Assembly (NCBI GenBank): GCA_025451455.1
Contig: JANWKI010000016.1
Location: 1 to 52,576, forward strand
From: Ignavibacteria bacterium
GTDB taxonomy: Bacteria; Bacteroidota; Ignavibacteria; Tepidaquicellales; OLB5
DNA: 52,576 bases
Reading direction: 5' to 3'
The notes beneath the pieces were generated by a model. The model was not told the DNA's origin. It did no database searches and worked only from the letters and a program-made list of their open reading frames with translations. Shown here piece after piece: positions 39,211-48,979 of the stretch (the first letter of the stretch is position 1; each line of letters begins with the position of its first letter). The position numbers were made by a program, and so were the translations under genes.

Positions 39211-39362
39211 ATGCCCAATATTAATTGCAAAATTTTGACATAAAATTCCGCCTTTTTCTGTTATTTAAGCAAATATCTGGTATTTTTTCATAAGTTTAGA
39301 TTTTGTAAATTTGTATTACCACACAAAACATTCTAATACAATTATATAGAAAGCAGCTATAA

Positions 39363-40391
39363 ATGAGCATTTTAGTCAATAAAAATACAAGATTAATGGT
39401 GCAGGGTATCACAGGCTCGGAGGGTTCATTTCACACAAGACAAATGATAGAATACGGAACTAACGTTGTCGCTGGTGTAACACCCGGTAAAGGCGGCACG
39501 ATGTTTGATGATAAGGTCCCGGTATTCAACACATGCAAAGAAGCAGTTGAAAAAGCTGGAGCTAATGCATCTGTAATATTAGTGCCTCCTGCATTTGCGC
39601 TTGATGCAATTCTCGAAGCGGCAGGTTCCGGTGTTAACGTAATTGTTACTATTACTGAGGGTATCCCGACAAGTGACATGATTACGGTAAAGAACTATCT
39701 GGAAGATCTGGGCAGAAGCGGAAGAAATGTGAGAATGATCGGCCCGAATTGCCCCGGCATTATTACTCCGGGTGAATGCAAAATAGGAATCATGCCCGGC
39801 TTCATACATTTGAAAGGAAAAATCGGGGTAATTTCAAGAAGCGGTACATTGACCTATGAAGCAGTTGCACAGCTAACAGAATTAGAACTTGGACAATCAA
39901 CTTGCCTGGGTATCGGCGGCGATCCGATAATCGGCACACAGTTTACCGACGCTATGAAGTTATTCAATGAAGATAAGAATACTGAGGCAGTAGTAATGAT
40001 TGGTGAGATCGGCGGTAATGCTGAAGAAGAATGCGCAGCCTATGTAAAGAAGTATATGACTAAACCGGTAGTCGGCTTTATTGCCGGCAGGACTGCTCCT
40101 CCCGGAAGACGTATGGGGCATGCCGGCGCTATAATTGCCGGAGGAAAAGGAACTGCTGAGGATAAGATAAAAGCAATGCGTGCTGCGGGTATTTATGTTG
40201 CAGAATCGCCTGCTGATATAGGTGTTACAGTAAAAAAGGCTCTGGACGCTCTAAAGTCTAAAAAAGTAAAAACAAGATCAGCTGGTAAGAAAAAACCGAA
40301 ACCTGTTAAGAAGAAAAAGCCTTCAGTTAAGAAAACAATCAAGAGTTCCAAACCTAAGTCTAAGAAGCCAGCATCAAAGAAGAGAAAATAA
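39363..40391 (+). CDS. sucD: Succinyl-CoA synthetase alpha subunit with Lys-rich C-terminal extension
   Basis: [43 protein letters not shown] phospho-His. Confidence 0.96.
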   Translation: MSILVNKNTRLMVQGITGSEGSFHTRQMIEYGTNVVAGVTPGKGGTMFDDKVPVFNTCKEAVEKAGANASVILVPPAFALDAILEAAGSGVNVIVTITEGIPTSDMITVKNYLEDLGRSGRNVRMIGPNCPGIITPGECKIGIMPGFIHLKGKIGVISRSGTLTYEAVAQLTELELGQSTCLGIGGDPIIGTQFTDAMKLFNEDKNTEAVVMIGEIGGNAEEECAAYVKKYMTKPVVGFIAGRTAPPGRRMGHAGAIIAGGKGTAEDKIKAMRAAGIYVAESPADIGVTVKKALDALKSKKVKTRSAGKKKPKPVKKKKPSVKKTIKSSKPKSKKPASKKRK

Positions 40392-40491
40392 ACCTGGCTT
40401 AATAAAGCCGTTTAACACGCTGGATAAAGTAATTCATTAATCTAAAATTATCATCTCACCTGCGGGATCATTAGGGTGAATTAATAAAACT

Positions 40492-40866
40492 ATGAACTAC
40501 ACAATTATCAGGATTCAAAACGCCAGATTTTATGCTCATCACGGTGTGCTGGATGCAGAACGTATGAGCGGCGGTTTATTTGAAATTGATGTTGAACTGA
40601 CCTGTGATGTAACAGCAGCAGAAGTAGAGGATGTCCTGAAAAAAACCCTTGATTATGAACAGGCATATAAGTTCATTACAGAGGTTGTATCCGGCAAAAA
40701 GTTTTTTCTTATCGAAGCGCTTGCATACAGGATTGCGCAGAAGATAATTGATAATTTTTTTGTGGTGCAGAAAGTCACCGTCAAAGTCAGGAAACCTTCA
40801 CCTCCGCTTGGAGGTTTGACAGATTATGTAGAGGTTGAGCATTCCGAATACCGAAAACCCGGTTAG
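40492..40866 (+). CDS. folB: Dihydroneopterin aldolase
   Basis: FYAHHGV...ER, TLDYE, LIEALA, VRKPSPP. Confidence 0.93.
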   Translation: MNYTIIRIQNARFYAHHGVLDAERMSGGLFEIDVELTCDVTAAEVEDVLKKTLDYEQAYKFITEVVSGKKFFLIEALAYRIAQKIIDNFFVVQKVTVKVRKPSPPLGGLTDYVEVEHSEYRKPG

Positions 40867-40889
40867 CCTCAAAATAATAATATTGCATA

Positions 40890-41387
40890 ATGGTTGAAAA
40901 GGTAGTACTGGGTTTTGGATCGAACATAGGCAGCAGGCTGCGTAAAATTAATTCTGCCATAAAGATACTTTCGTTAAACAAAGATCTGGATCTGCTTGCC
41001 CTTTCATCGGTTTACGAGACAGAGCCATGGGGTTTCAAACATCAAAGGAATTTTCTGAATTGTGCTGCAGTTTTTCTCACAAAGTTATCCGCTGACGAAT
41101 TGTTTAAATTCATCAAAAAAACAGAAAAACAGGCAGGGAGACTAAAAAGAGATAAATGGCAGGCTCGGGAAATTGATATAGATATGTTATTTTACGGAAA
41201 CAAGATCATAGATCACAGGAATTTGAAAGTACCGCATAGGTATCTTCAAGAACGTAATTTTGTTTTAAACCCCCTTGCTGAAATATTACCGGGATTAATT
41301 CACCCTGTATTAAAAAAAAGTATTGCAGAATTATCCAGAATCTCAGAAGATACAGGAAAAGTAAAAGTATATAAAAGTCATAATTGA
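40890..41387 (+). CDS. folK: 2-amino-4-hydroxy-6-hydroxymethyldihydropteridine diphosphokinase
   Basis: GFGSNIG, YETEPWG, FLN, REIDIDML, VPH...RNFVL.PL. Confidence 0.93.
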   Translation: MVEKVVLGFGSNIGSRLRKINSAIKILSLNKDLDLLALSSVYETEPWGFKHQRNFLNCAAVFLTKLSADELFKFIKKTEKQAGRLKRDKWQAREIDIDMLFYGNKIIDHRNLKVPHRYLQERNFVLNPLAEILPGLIHPVLKKSIAELSRISEDTGKVKVYKSHN

Positions 41388-42058
41388 ACGGAAATTCTTC
41401 AAATAACAGCCAGATAAGCTACATTGCAGTCGAAGGAGTCATCGGTGCAGGCAAAACTTCGGTTGCTTCCATGCTTGCCGAGAGGCTTAATGCTAAACTG
41501 ATACTTGAGAATTTTGAAGACAATCCGTTCTTAGAGAAGTTTTATATGAACCCGGATGAATATGCATTCAGGACTCAGATGTTCTTTCTGCTGGAAAGGT
41601 ACACACAGCTTCAGGAACTGCATCAAAAAGACCTGTTTCAGAACTTCATTATCAGCGATTATGTTTTCGAAAAGGATAAAATATTCGCATACCTTAACCT
41701 GAGCGATGACGAATTGAAAATATATGAACATGTAGTTCAGGGACTGGATAAAAATGTTGTTATACCCGATCTGGTCATTTATCTGCAGTCATCTGTCGAA
41801 AGATTGATGACTAATATCAATAAGCGGCAAAGAGAGATCGAAAAGGAAATAAGCGAAGAGTATATTGAAAATCTGAATGATGCTTATAATTACTTTTTTT
41901 CGAGATACAAGTCCTCAAAGGTCATGATAGTTAATTGCGAAGAGGTTGATTTTGTCAGCAACCCCGCAGATTTTGATGATCTTGTAAGTGAGATATTCAG
42001 ATCTGATATTTCAGCAATAAAATATTATAATCCTTCACTTAGAAAGACTGCCGAATAA
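41384..42058 (+). CDS. Deoxynucleoside kinase
   Basis: EGVIGAGKTS P-loop, NPFLEKFY, QMFFL..R, PDLVIYL. Confidence 0.9.
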   Translation: MNGNSSNNSQISYIAVEGVIGAGKTSVASMLAERLNAKLILENFEDNPFLEKFYMNPDEYAFRTQMFFLLERYTQLQELHQKDLFQNFIISDYVFEKDKIFAYLNLSDDELKIYEHVVQGLDKNVVIPDLVIYLQSSVERLMTNINKRQREIEKEISEEYIENLNDAYNYFFSRYKSSKVMIVNCEEVDFVSNPADFDDLVSEIFRSDISAIKYYNPSLRKTAE

Positions 42059-42246
42059 TGCGTTATGTTATTATTGCAATATTGCTTTATATTTTTTACA
42101 TCATATTGAGAACAGTCCTGAAAAGTTTCCTCAATAATAAAACCACTGCTTCCCGGAAAGAACAGGAGAAACAAAAGCGTACGTATAATTTAGACAAGGT
42201 TCAGGATGCAGAATTCAGGGAAGTAAAGAAAGACCCTTCAATTTAA
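42058..42246 (+). CDS. Small single-pass membrane protein
   Basis: N-terminal TM helix and C-terminal VQDAEFREVK motif; TAATG coupling to the kinase stop. Confidence 0.7.
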   Translation: MRYVIIAILLYIFYIILRTVLKSFLNNKTTASRKEQEKQKRTYNLDKVQDAEFREVKKDPSI

Positions 42247-42257
42247 GAATTGACAGT

Positions 42258-43358
42258 TTGAATAATTTTGAAAAAGTTTTTGGGTATGCAGCATTAAAGA
42301 TATTAAAAGGCTTTGTTCTGGAAAAAGATATTAACCCTTCTGAAATAGATCATAGTTCTGTAAAAAACATTCTTCTGGTAGTCCGGCATCAAATGGGAGA
42401 TATGCTGTGCACTCTGCCAATGATGCGCTCCATCAGGAACTTTTACCCTGATTCTCATATCATTCTTGTGACAAAAAAATCAACAAGTTTTGAAAAGATA
42501 TTCAAAGATAACAACTCACCGGTAAACGAGGTAAAGTATTATGAAAACGGTTTTGAAAATTTTATTAACCTTGTAAAAGAACTGAGAGATAAAAGAATTG
42601 ACTTATCAATTACTCCTTCAACGGTTTCTTTTTCTGCGACCAACCATCTTATAGCATATTATTCAAAAGCCAGGTACCGCGCGGGAGTGAGATCAAAAGA
42701 TTATGAACTTAACAGAATAGGGTACACTTTAAATATTAAAAATGATTTTTTGTGGGAACTCAACAAAGTACACCAGATAGAAAGGAACCTGGATATTATC
42801 AGGCAGTTGAGTATTACACCTTTTGAAAAAACGATCAGCTTATCACTTTACGAAGAAAATCTTGAGTTTGCCGGGAAGTTCTTCCGGAGCAATTTCCCCG
42901 ATAAAAACAGGATAGTAATCGGATTTCATCCGGGAGCAGGAAAAGAACATAACATCTGGCCAGCTGAGAAATTTGCAGAACTTGCTGTAATGCTTAAAGA
43001 AAGGCTGAATCCCTATTTCTTCATTTCTGAGGGCCCCTCAGACTTTAAATATACTTCAGGTTTGGAAGAATTTCTGAATAAACAAAATGGACTGGAATAT
43101 ACCAAACTAAGAGGTGAACTGGCTGACACAATGGCAATTCTTGCAAGGCTGAATTTGTTTATTACAAATGATACCGGGATAATGCATGTATGTTCAGGTT
43201 TCCAAACTCCTGTAATTGCTTTGTTTGGTCCAACTAATGCAAGTGAATGGGGAGTTATTGGAAGCAATAAAGTATCAATTCAATCCAGGGATGAAAATAT
43301 TAAAAATATTGATACTCATACTGTATTTGAAACCTGTTTGAGGTTGTTAAGTGTTTAA
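42258..43358 (+). CDS. Glycosyltransferase family 9 (LPS heptosyltransferase-like)
   Basis: ILLVV...MGDML, HQIERNL, FHPGAG...WP, TNDTGIMH, ALFGPT. Confidence 0.9.
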   Translation: MNNFEKVFGYAALKILKGFVLEKDINPSEIDHSSVKNILLVVRHQMGDMLCTLPMMRSIRNFYPDSHIILVTKKSTSFEKIFKDNNSPVNEVKYYENGFENFINLVKELRDKRIDLSITPSTVSFSATNHLIAYYSKARYRAGVRSKDYELNRIGYTLNIKNDFLWELNKVHQIERNLDIIRQLSITPFEKTISLSLYEENLEFAGKFFRSNFPDKNRIVIGFHPGAGKEHNIWPAEKFAELAVMLKERLNPYFFISEGPSDFKYTSGLEEFLNKQNGLEYTKLRGELADTMAILARLNLFITNDTGIMHVCSGFQTPVIALFGPTNASEWGVIGSNKVSIQSRDENIKNIDTHTVFETCLRLLSV

Positions 43359-43408
43359 AATATTACAATTTGGCGGCAAAAACAGGCATTTTAAAGACAC
43401 ATTTTGTC

Positions 43409-43437
43409 TTGACATTTCTTACTTGTAAATATATATT
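43409..43437 (+). promoter_or_regulatory. Sigma70-type promoter of the porU operon
   Basis: TTGACA-N17-TATATT. Confidence 0.7.
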
Positions 43438-43443
43438 GCCTAA

Positions 43444-43601
43444 TAATGAGGATGAAATTATAGAATAATTGTTAGAGGATTTTATTTCGGTTTTATAAAA
43501 CGGATGCCTTTAGCAATATATTCTGTAAAGTTTTTATAGAGCCGAATTGAACTATTTTCAATTTCGGTTTTTTTATTTAAAACTCTAAAATTCTATAAGA
43601 A
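43444..43601 (+). promoter_or_regulatory. Structured 5' leader (putative attenuator or riboswitch-like element)
   Basis: Terminator 43541-43574 and a competing 15-bp helix 43486-43500/43532-43546. Confidence 0.5.
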
Positions 43602-46600
43602 ATGAAAGCACTTAAATATTCCCTGATCGCTTTTTTGTTTTGTGCAGGAATAACTGTTTTTGCACAGGATGCTGATTTTCTTTCAAAAAATCCTGATTTA
43701 AGAAATAAGACCACAAACAATCCCGATATTTCAGATTTCCTGTTTAATGAGGTTAAACCTGACTACAAGATCATCAGTTCTAATTCATCATACATAGAAA
43801 TTGAATATTATCCTGCAGGCTCTGTAAAGAGGGAAATTGATGCCGGCCAGGAGCGTTTTTCAACCTATGAATTTCAAAGCGGTCTTGAGAAGGATGTGAT
43901 GAAGCAGGCCGGCAGCCCTGACTTGAGATATAGAAGTTTTGCCGTGATGCTTCCATCAGATAGAAATAATACTGTTCAGGTTATAGATTTTGATGTAAAG
44001 GAAGAACAAAGTGTAAATCTTGCACCGATCCCTCACATGAATGTTATTAATCCGAATATAAGGAGCTTCGAGAATATTTTCTATACTTACACAAGAGGCA
44101 GCGAGTACACAGTAAATAAATTCCAGCCTGAAAGTATTGCCTCTTTATCCAGTGTCGGCTCACTCAGAGATATTACAATTGGCAACCTTATCTTAAACCC
44201 GTACCAGTATAATCCTGTTACTAAAACGCTGAAATATTATTCCAGGATGCGTGTCAGGGTAAGTTTTGGTGAAAACCCTGTGCTGCTGAACCGTCCCAGA
44301 AGCAAACAGGAAATTGCCCTGCTCTCAAATACTGCCCTAAATTCTTTTACTGCAATGAACTGGGTTAACCCAAAGTATAAGAATATTTACAGAGATAATA
44401 ATGTTATAGAAAGTAAACTTAATACAGGTGACTGGTATAAAATAGAGATCAAGGATATCGGTGATAACAGTTCAAGTGAGGGCATTTATAAGATCACAAA
44501 AAGCTTCCTTACAGGTGCCGGCATCAATGTTTCTGGTGTTGACCCCAGGACTGTAAAGCTCTATGGAAACGGAGGCGAACTGCTGCCGGAAAGATTATAT
44601 GATCCAAGACCGTCTGATCTTGAGGAAATTGCTGTATATTTTGAAGGAGAACAGGATGGACAGTTTAATGACAATGATTTTATCCTGTTTTACGCAAGGG
44701 CAATAAATAACTGGAAGTATGATTCTGTTGCCAATTCTTTCAGGCATTACGTAAATTATTACAGCAGGTCAAACTATTACTGGATTTGCTTTGGTACTCC
44801 AAACAACGGTAAGAGGATGCAGCTTTCTCCTTCTGAAAACAGCGGCAGTGCAATAGTCCCTTCTTCTTTTTCTGAAAGAGTATTTTACGAACCGGAACAG
44901 GATAACCTGATAAGTGAAGGTAACCTGTGGCTGAGCTTTGGCAAGAGGCCGGGAGGCGCATTTGAATGGATCACAACCCTGACAGGGCTTGAAGCCAATT
45001 CAAATCTTTTGTACAGAATAAAGCTTGCATCAAGGTGCCTTGACCCCAATACAAATAATTTCCTGGTAAAAGACGATTATTCCAGCATGCCGGAATTGTT
45101 TTTCTTCATGGGTACTGTTCAGCCGGGGTTTGACAACTGGATATATACGGCCACTGATGAAGTAACGATCAATCAGTCTCAAAAAACAAACGGGGAACAG
45201 GTAAAATTAAAGTCTGTTTATTATGCATCTAATAGCGAAGCTGACGGATACCTTGACTGGTATGAAATAATTTATAAAAGAAGGTTCAACTCTGCCTCAG
45301 GTGATGTATTAAGTTTCGATTCACCGGATACAAATGCGATTGTAGAATATAATGTTTCGTCATTTTCCAATAATAACATTAAAGTATTTGATGCGACAGT
45401 CCATAATAATGTGAAGATAATACAGCCGCTGGCAGTGAGTTCTTCAAACGTAAGATTTCAAAGGACTGAAGTGAAAAACAACCTGAGCAAGTATTTTGTA
45501 GTTGGGCAAAACGGTTCCAAGATTCCAGCTCCGGGAAGCATATCTGCAAGAATACCGAACCAGGATCTGCACGGGATATCCGATGGCGCAAGTTTTGTTA
45601 TTATTACTCATAAAGATTTTATTTCAGCAGCAGATAGAATTAAGTCAAAAAGAGAACAGGGTGGCACTTCAAATCCGGATGACTTAAAGACAAGGATCAT
45701 TACTACTGATCAGATATTCAATGAATTCTCGGGTGGCGTATACGACGCGGTTGCATTAAGAGATTTTATCAAGTATGCTTTTGAGAACTGGAGTGAAAGA
45801 CCTGTTTATGTATGTTTACTGGGTGACGGTGGTTTTGATTATAAGAATATACTACAGATCCCGGGGGGGAATTTCGTACCAGCCTGGGAACTGACAAGTC
45901 CTTCAATTAACCAGGTACAGGGGCTCACAACGGATGACTATTTTGTTAATATTATAGGTGATTCTACATCACTAATTGGCAGGCCTGATCTTGCAATAGG
46001 AAGAATACCAGCGAACTTGGTTTCAGATGCTAATACATATATTGATAAAATTGACGCATATGAAAACGGTATAAACAACGGATACTGGAAAAACAGGATG
46101 ATGTTTGTTGCCGATGATTCGAAAACAACAGCTCCTGAATGCGAGTCTACTCCTCATTTGGCTCAGTGTGAATCACTTGCTGAATTATATACGCCTCCGG
46201 CAATTGATAAAATAAAGGTTTATCTTGTTAATTATCCAACAGTTATTACTCCGCAGGGCAGGAGAAAACCGCAGGTAAACTTAGATATTGCTAAGTACTG
46301 GAGCGAAGGTGTAATTAATATTCATTATACTGGCCACGGAAGCCCGGATGTTTGGGCTCATGAATATGTGCTTGAAAAGGATAATATTATGAGCCAGCTT
46401 ACAAACAGAAACCACTATCCGTTTGTTTCAATTGCCAGCTGTGATATGAGTAAATTCGATAACCCCAAAAACCAAAGCGCTGGCGAGCTTTTTATGATGT
46501 CTCCGCAAAAAGGAGCAATCGGAACAATGGCAGCCTCAAGGCCAGTATATGCTTCGAGTAATGCTGCACTGTTTTATGAGGTTTTCAATCAGCTTTACCT

Positions 46601-47795
46601 TCCAAGAGACACTTTACTTTTGCAGAAAAGGTTCGGAGGTGCAGTTTTTAATACTAAGCAGATAATTTTCAATTACTCGGATAATGATGCGAAGTTCATT
46701 TTAATGTGCGATCCGACAATCAGAACGCAGATCCCAAGATTCAAGTCTGATGTTGACAGCATCAGCGGGCTTGCAGGTGATACTATGAAAGCCCTGAGCC
46801 GGATCAAGATATACGGTTCAGTTATCCGCCCAGATTCATCATTATGGAATAATTATAACGGCAAGATCATACTGAAAATATATGATGTAGATAAGAATAT
46901 CGTGATTTATGAAGACTGCAATCCGCCCATACCTCCTCAGAATTTCAGGATAAACGGAGGTATCATTTATTCCGGAACTCAGAATATCGTGAACGGAAAA
47001 TGGGTTGTTGAATTTATTGTTCCGAAAGATATTTCATACCTTAACCAGCATGGAAGACTGATAAATTATTTTTATAATACTGAATTTGACGGCTCGGGGA
47101 TAAACAGAGATTTTATTGTGGGAGGTTTGAACCAGTCAGCTCCTGTAGATTCCATCGGTCCACGGATAAGTATGTTTCTGAATACGAGAAATTTCAGAAC
47201 GGGTGATATTGTGAACGAAAATTTTAAATTCATTGCCGATCTTTTTGATGAATCCGGGATTAACACTACGGGAACCATCGGTCATAAGATCGAAGGCGTC
47301 CTTGACGGGAATGAAAACAATAAGTATGATATGACGAATTTTTATAACAGCGATACTTCATATAAATCAGGGTCGCTGGAGTATGATTTTGCAAGTATTT
47401 CTGCAGGAAGACATACTTTGAAATTAAAAGCATGGGATACATATAACAATTCATCAGAGGCCTCGATTGAATTTGAAGTAGTTTCAGGCGGGGCATTGCA
47501 GGTATCAAATGTTTACAACTACCCGAATCCTTTCAGGGATAATACTGCTTTTACATTTCAGCACAACTATTCAGCTGATATAAATGTAAATATTAAAGTG
47601 TATACAGTTGCAGGCAGGCTTATTAAACAGATAGAGAGAAAGAATATTGCCGATAAGTTCGTTGTAATTAACTGGGACGGGAAAGATGAAGATGGCGAAA
47701 CATTGGGTAATGGTGTATATATTTATAAACTGATTGTTGAGTCTGCTGACGGTCTGACAAATACAAATACCGGCAAACTGGCTGTTTTAAAATAG
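43602..47795 (+). CDS. porU: T9SS sortase PorU (peptidase C25) with N-terminal gingipain-type propeptide
   Basis: GDWYKI...GIYKIT, KLYGNGG, IFNEFSGG, YTGHG and ASCD His/Cys dyad, DESGINT, LKAWDTYNN, NYPNPF CTD; followed by porV. Confidence 0.92.
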   Translation: MKALKYSLIAFLFCAGITVFAQDADFLSKNPDLRNKTTNNPDISDFLFNEVKPDYKIISSNSSYIEIEYYPAGSVKREIDAGQERFSTYEFQSGLEKDVMKQAGSPDLRYRSFAVMLPSDRNNTVQVIDFDVKEEQSVNLAPIPHMNVINPNIRSFENIFYTYTRGSEYTVNKFQPESIASLSSVGSLRDITIGNLILNPYQYNPVTKTLKYYSRMRVRVSFGENPVLLNRPRSKQEIALLSNTALNSFTAMNWVNPKYKNIYRDNNVIESKLNTGDWYKIEIKDIGDNSSSEGIYKITKSFLTGAGINVSGVDPRTVKLYGNGGELLPERLYDPRPSDLEEIAVYFEGEQDGQFNDNDFILFYARAINNWKYDSVANSFRHYVNYYSRSNYYWICFGTPNNGKRMQLSPSENSGSAIVPSSFSERVFYEPEQDNLISEGNLWLSFGKRPGGAFEWITTLTGLEANSNLLYRIKLASRCLDPNTNNFLVKDDYSSMPELFFFMGTVQPGFDNWIYTATDEVTINQSQKTNGEQVKLKSVYYASNSEADGYLDWYEIIYKRRFNSASGDVLSFDSPDTNAIVEYNVSSFSNNNIKVFDATVHNNVKIIQPLAVSSSNVRFQRTEVKNNLSKYFVVGQNGSKIPAPGSISARIPNQDLHGISDGASFVIITHKDFISAADRIKSKREQGGTSNPDDLKTRIITTDQIFNEFSGGVYDAVALRDFIKYAFENWSERPVYVCLLGDGGFDYKNILQIPGGNFVPAWELTSPSINQVQGLTTDDYFVNIIGDSTSLIGRPDLAIGRIPANLVSDANTYIDKIDAYENGINNGYWKNRMMFVADDSKTTAPECESTPHLAQCESLAELYTPPAIDKIKVYLVNYPTVITPQGRRKPQVNLDIAKYWSEGVINIHYTGHGSPDVWAHEYVLEKDNIMSQLTNRNHYPFVSIASCDMSKFDNPKNQSAGELFMMSPQKGAIGTMAASRPVYASSNAALFYEVFNQLYLPRDTLLLQKRFGGAVFNTKQIIFNYSDNDAKFILMCDPTIRTQIPRFKSDVDSISGLAGDTMKALSRIKIYGSVIRPDSSLWNNYNGKIILKIYDVDKNIVIYEDCNPPIPPQNFRINGGIIYSGTQNIVNGKWVVEFIVPKDISYLNQHGRLINYFYNTEFDGSGINRDFIVGGLNQSAPVDSIGPRISMFLNTRNFRTGDIVNENFKFIADLFDESGINTTGTIGHKIEGVLDGNENNKYDMTNFYNSDTSYKSGSLEYDFASISAGRHTLKLKAWDTYNNSSEASIEFEVVSGGALQVSNVYNYPNPFRDNTAFTFQHNYSADINVNIKVYTVAGRLIKQIERKNIADKFVVINWDGKDEDGETLGNGVYIYKLIVESADGLTNTNTGKLAVLK

Positions 47796-47834
47796 AATAA
47801 GTTATAATTAATTATATTTAGGAGGAAAATTTAG

Positions 47835-48974
47835 ATGTTCAAACTTAAAATGTGCTTGCTGGCTGCTATTGTTGTGCTATCAGGAAATGTTTTTGCTCAG
47901 GGTGAGTCTGCGGTACCGTTCCTGCTTATCGGGCCTAATTCGTTGAATACCGGTATGGGTGAAATAGGAGCCGGAATGGTAAATGATGCCTCTGCAATGT
48001 TCTGGAATCCTGCCGGACTTGGCTTTCAGACAGGGACTGAAGTCTCTATTACTCACTCTCCATGGCTGCCGGGATTGGGTTTATCGGATCTTTTCTATGA
48101 CTTTCTCGCCGGAAAACATTATATCAAGAAACTTAAGGGTACAATTGGTGCAAGTATAACTTATTTGAATATCGGTAAGATCATCAGAACCGATGAGTTC
48201 GGGAATGAAATAGGAGATTACCAGGCATTTGACGGGGCTCTTGCCGTTGGATACGGAACAAAAGTTACAAAGGATCTTTCAGTGGGAATTGTTACCCGGT
48301 TTATTTACAGCAAACTTGCAGTTGACCCCGTTGCGGGCGAACAGGGAACCGGCACAGCATACGATCTGAGTTTTGATTTATCAACTCTCTGGAGGCCATT
48401 TAAAACTAAAGTAAAATTTATCAATAACAGGCTTGGTATCGGTGTGAATCTCTCAAATATCGGCCCGAAAGTTACATATGTTGATAATGCACAGGCTGAC
48501 CCCCTGCCTACAAATCTTCGCCTTGGATTTGCATATGATGTATATCAAAGTGAATACAATAACTTTACAATATCAGCAGATTTTTCCAAACTTCTTGTAA
48601 AAAGAGGGGAAAACGGAGAATCTGACCCTGTTTATAAGGGAATTTTCACATCATTTAGCGGAGGATTCGACAATGTGATGAAATCTATTCAATCATCAGT
48701 CGGGGCTGAATACTGGTATGGTAACCCTAAAGTTATCGGTTTAAGAGGAGGTTTCTTTTATGAAGATCCGGATAAAGGCAAAAGAAAATTCATTACAATG
48801 GGCGCAAGTATCAGGTACAGCTTGTATGGATTTGATTTCAGTTACATAAGCACAATAGAAGAGAATCATCCTCTTGCCAATACCCTGAGATTTACTCTTT
48901 CCGTAAATTTTGGTACTCCGGAAACAGTTAAAAAACCCGGGGAAAAGAAACCCGAAGATCAACCCAAGAAATAA
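47835..48974 (+). CDS. porV: T9SS outer-membrane shuttle PorV
   Basis: AVPFLLI.P...GMGE, FWNPAGL, PWLP, NIGPK, LPTNLRLG, GAEYWY, HPLANTLRF. Confidence 0.92.
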   Translation: MFKLKMCLLAAIVVLSGNVFAQGESAVPFLLIGPNSLNTGMGEIGAGMVNDASAMFWNPAGLGFQTGTEVSITHSPWLPGLGLSDLFYDFLAGKHYIKKLKGTIGASITYLNIGKIIRTDEFGNEIGDYQAFDGALAVGYGTKVTKDLSVGIVTRFIYSKLAVDPVAGEQGTGTAYDLSFDLSTLWRPFKTKVKFINNRLGIGVNLSNIGPKVTYVDNAQADPLPTNLRLGFAYDVYQSEYNNFTISADFSKLLVKRGENGESDPVYKGIFTSFSGGFDNVMKSIQSSVGAEYWYGNPKVIGLRGGFFYEDPDKGKRKFITMGASIRYSLYGFDFSYISTIEENHPLANTLRFTLSVNFGTPETVKKPGEKKPEDQPKK

Positions 48975-48979
48975 TTTAA

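Noticed and set aside
43444-43601. 6S RNA interpretation of the rod-like pairing in the porU leader
   Set aside because: Very AT-rich, contains an internal terminator and ends at the porU start codon; a cis-leader fits better
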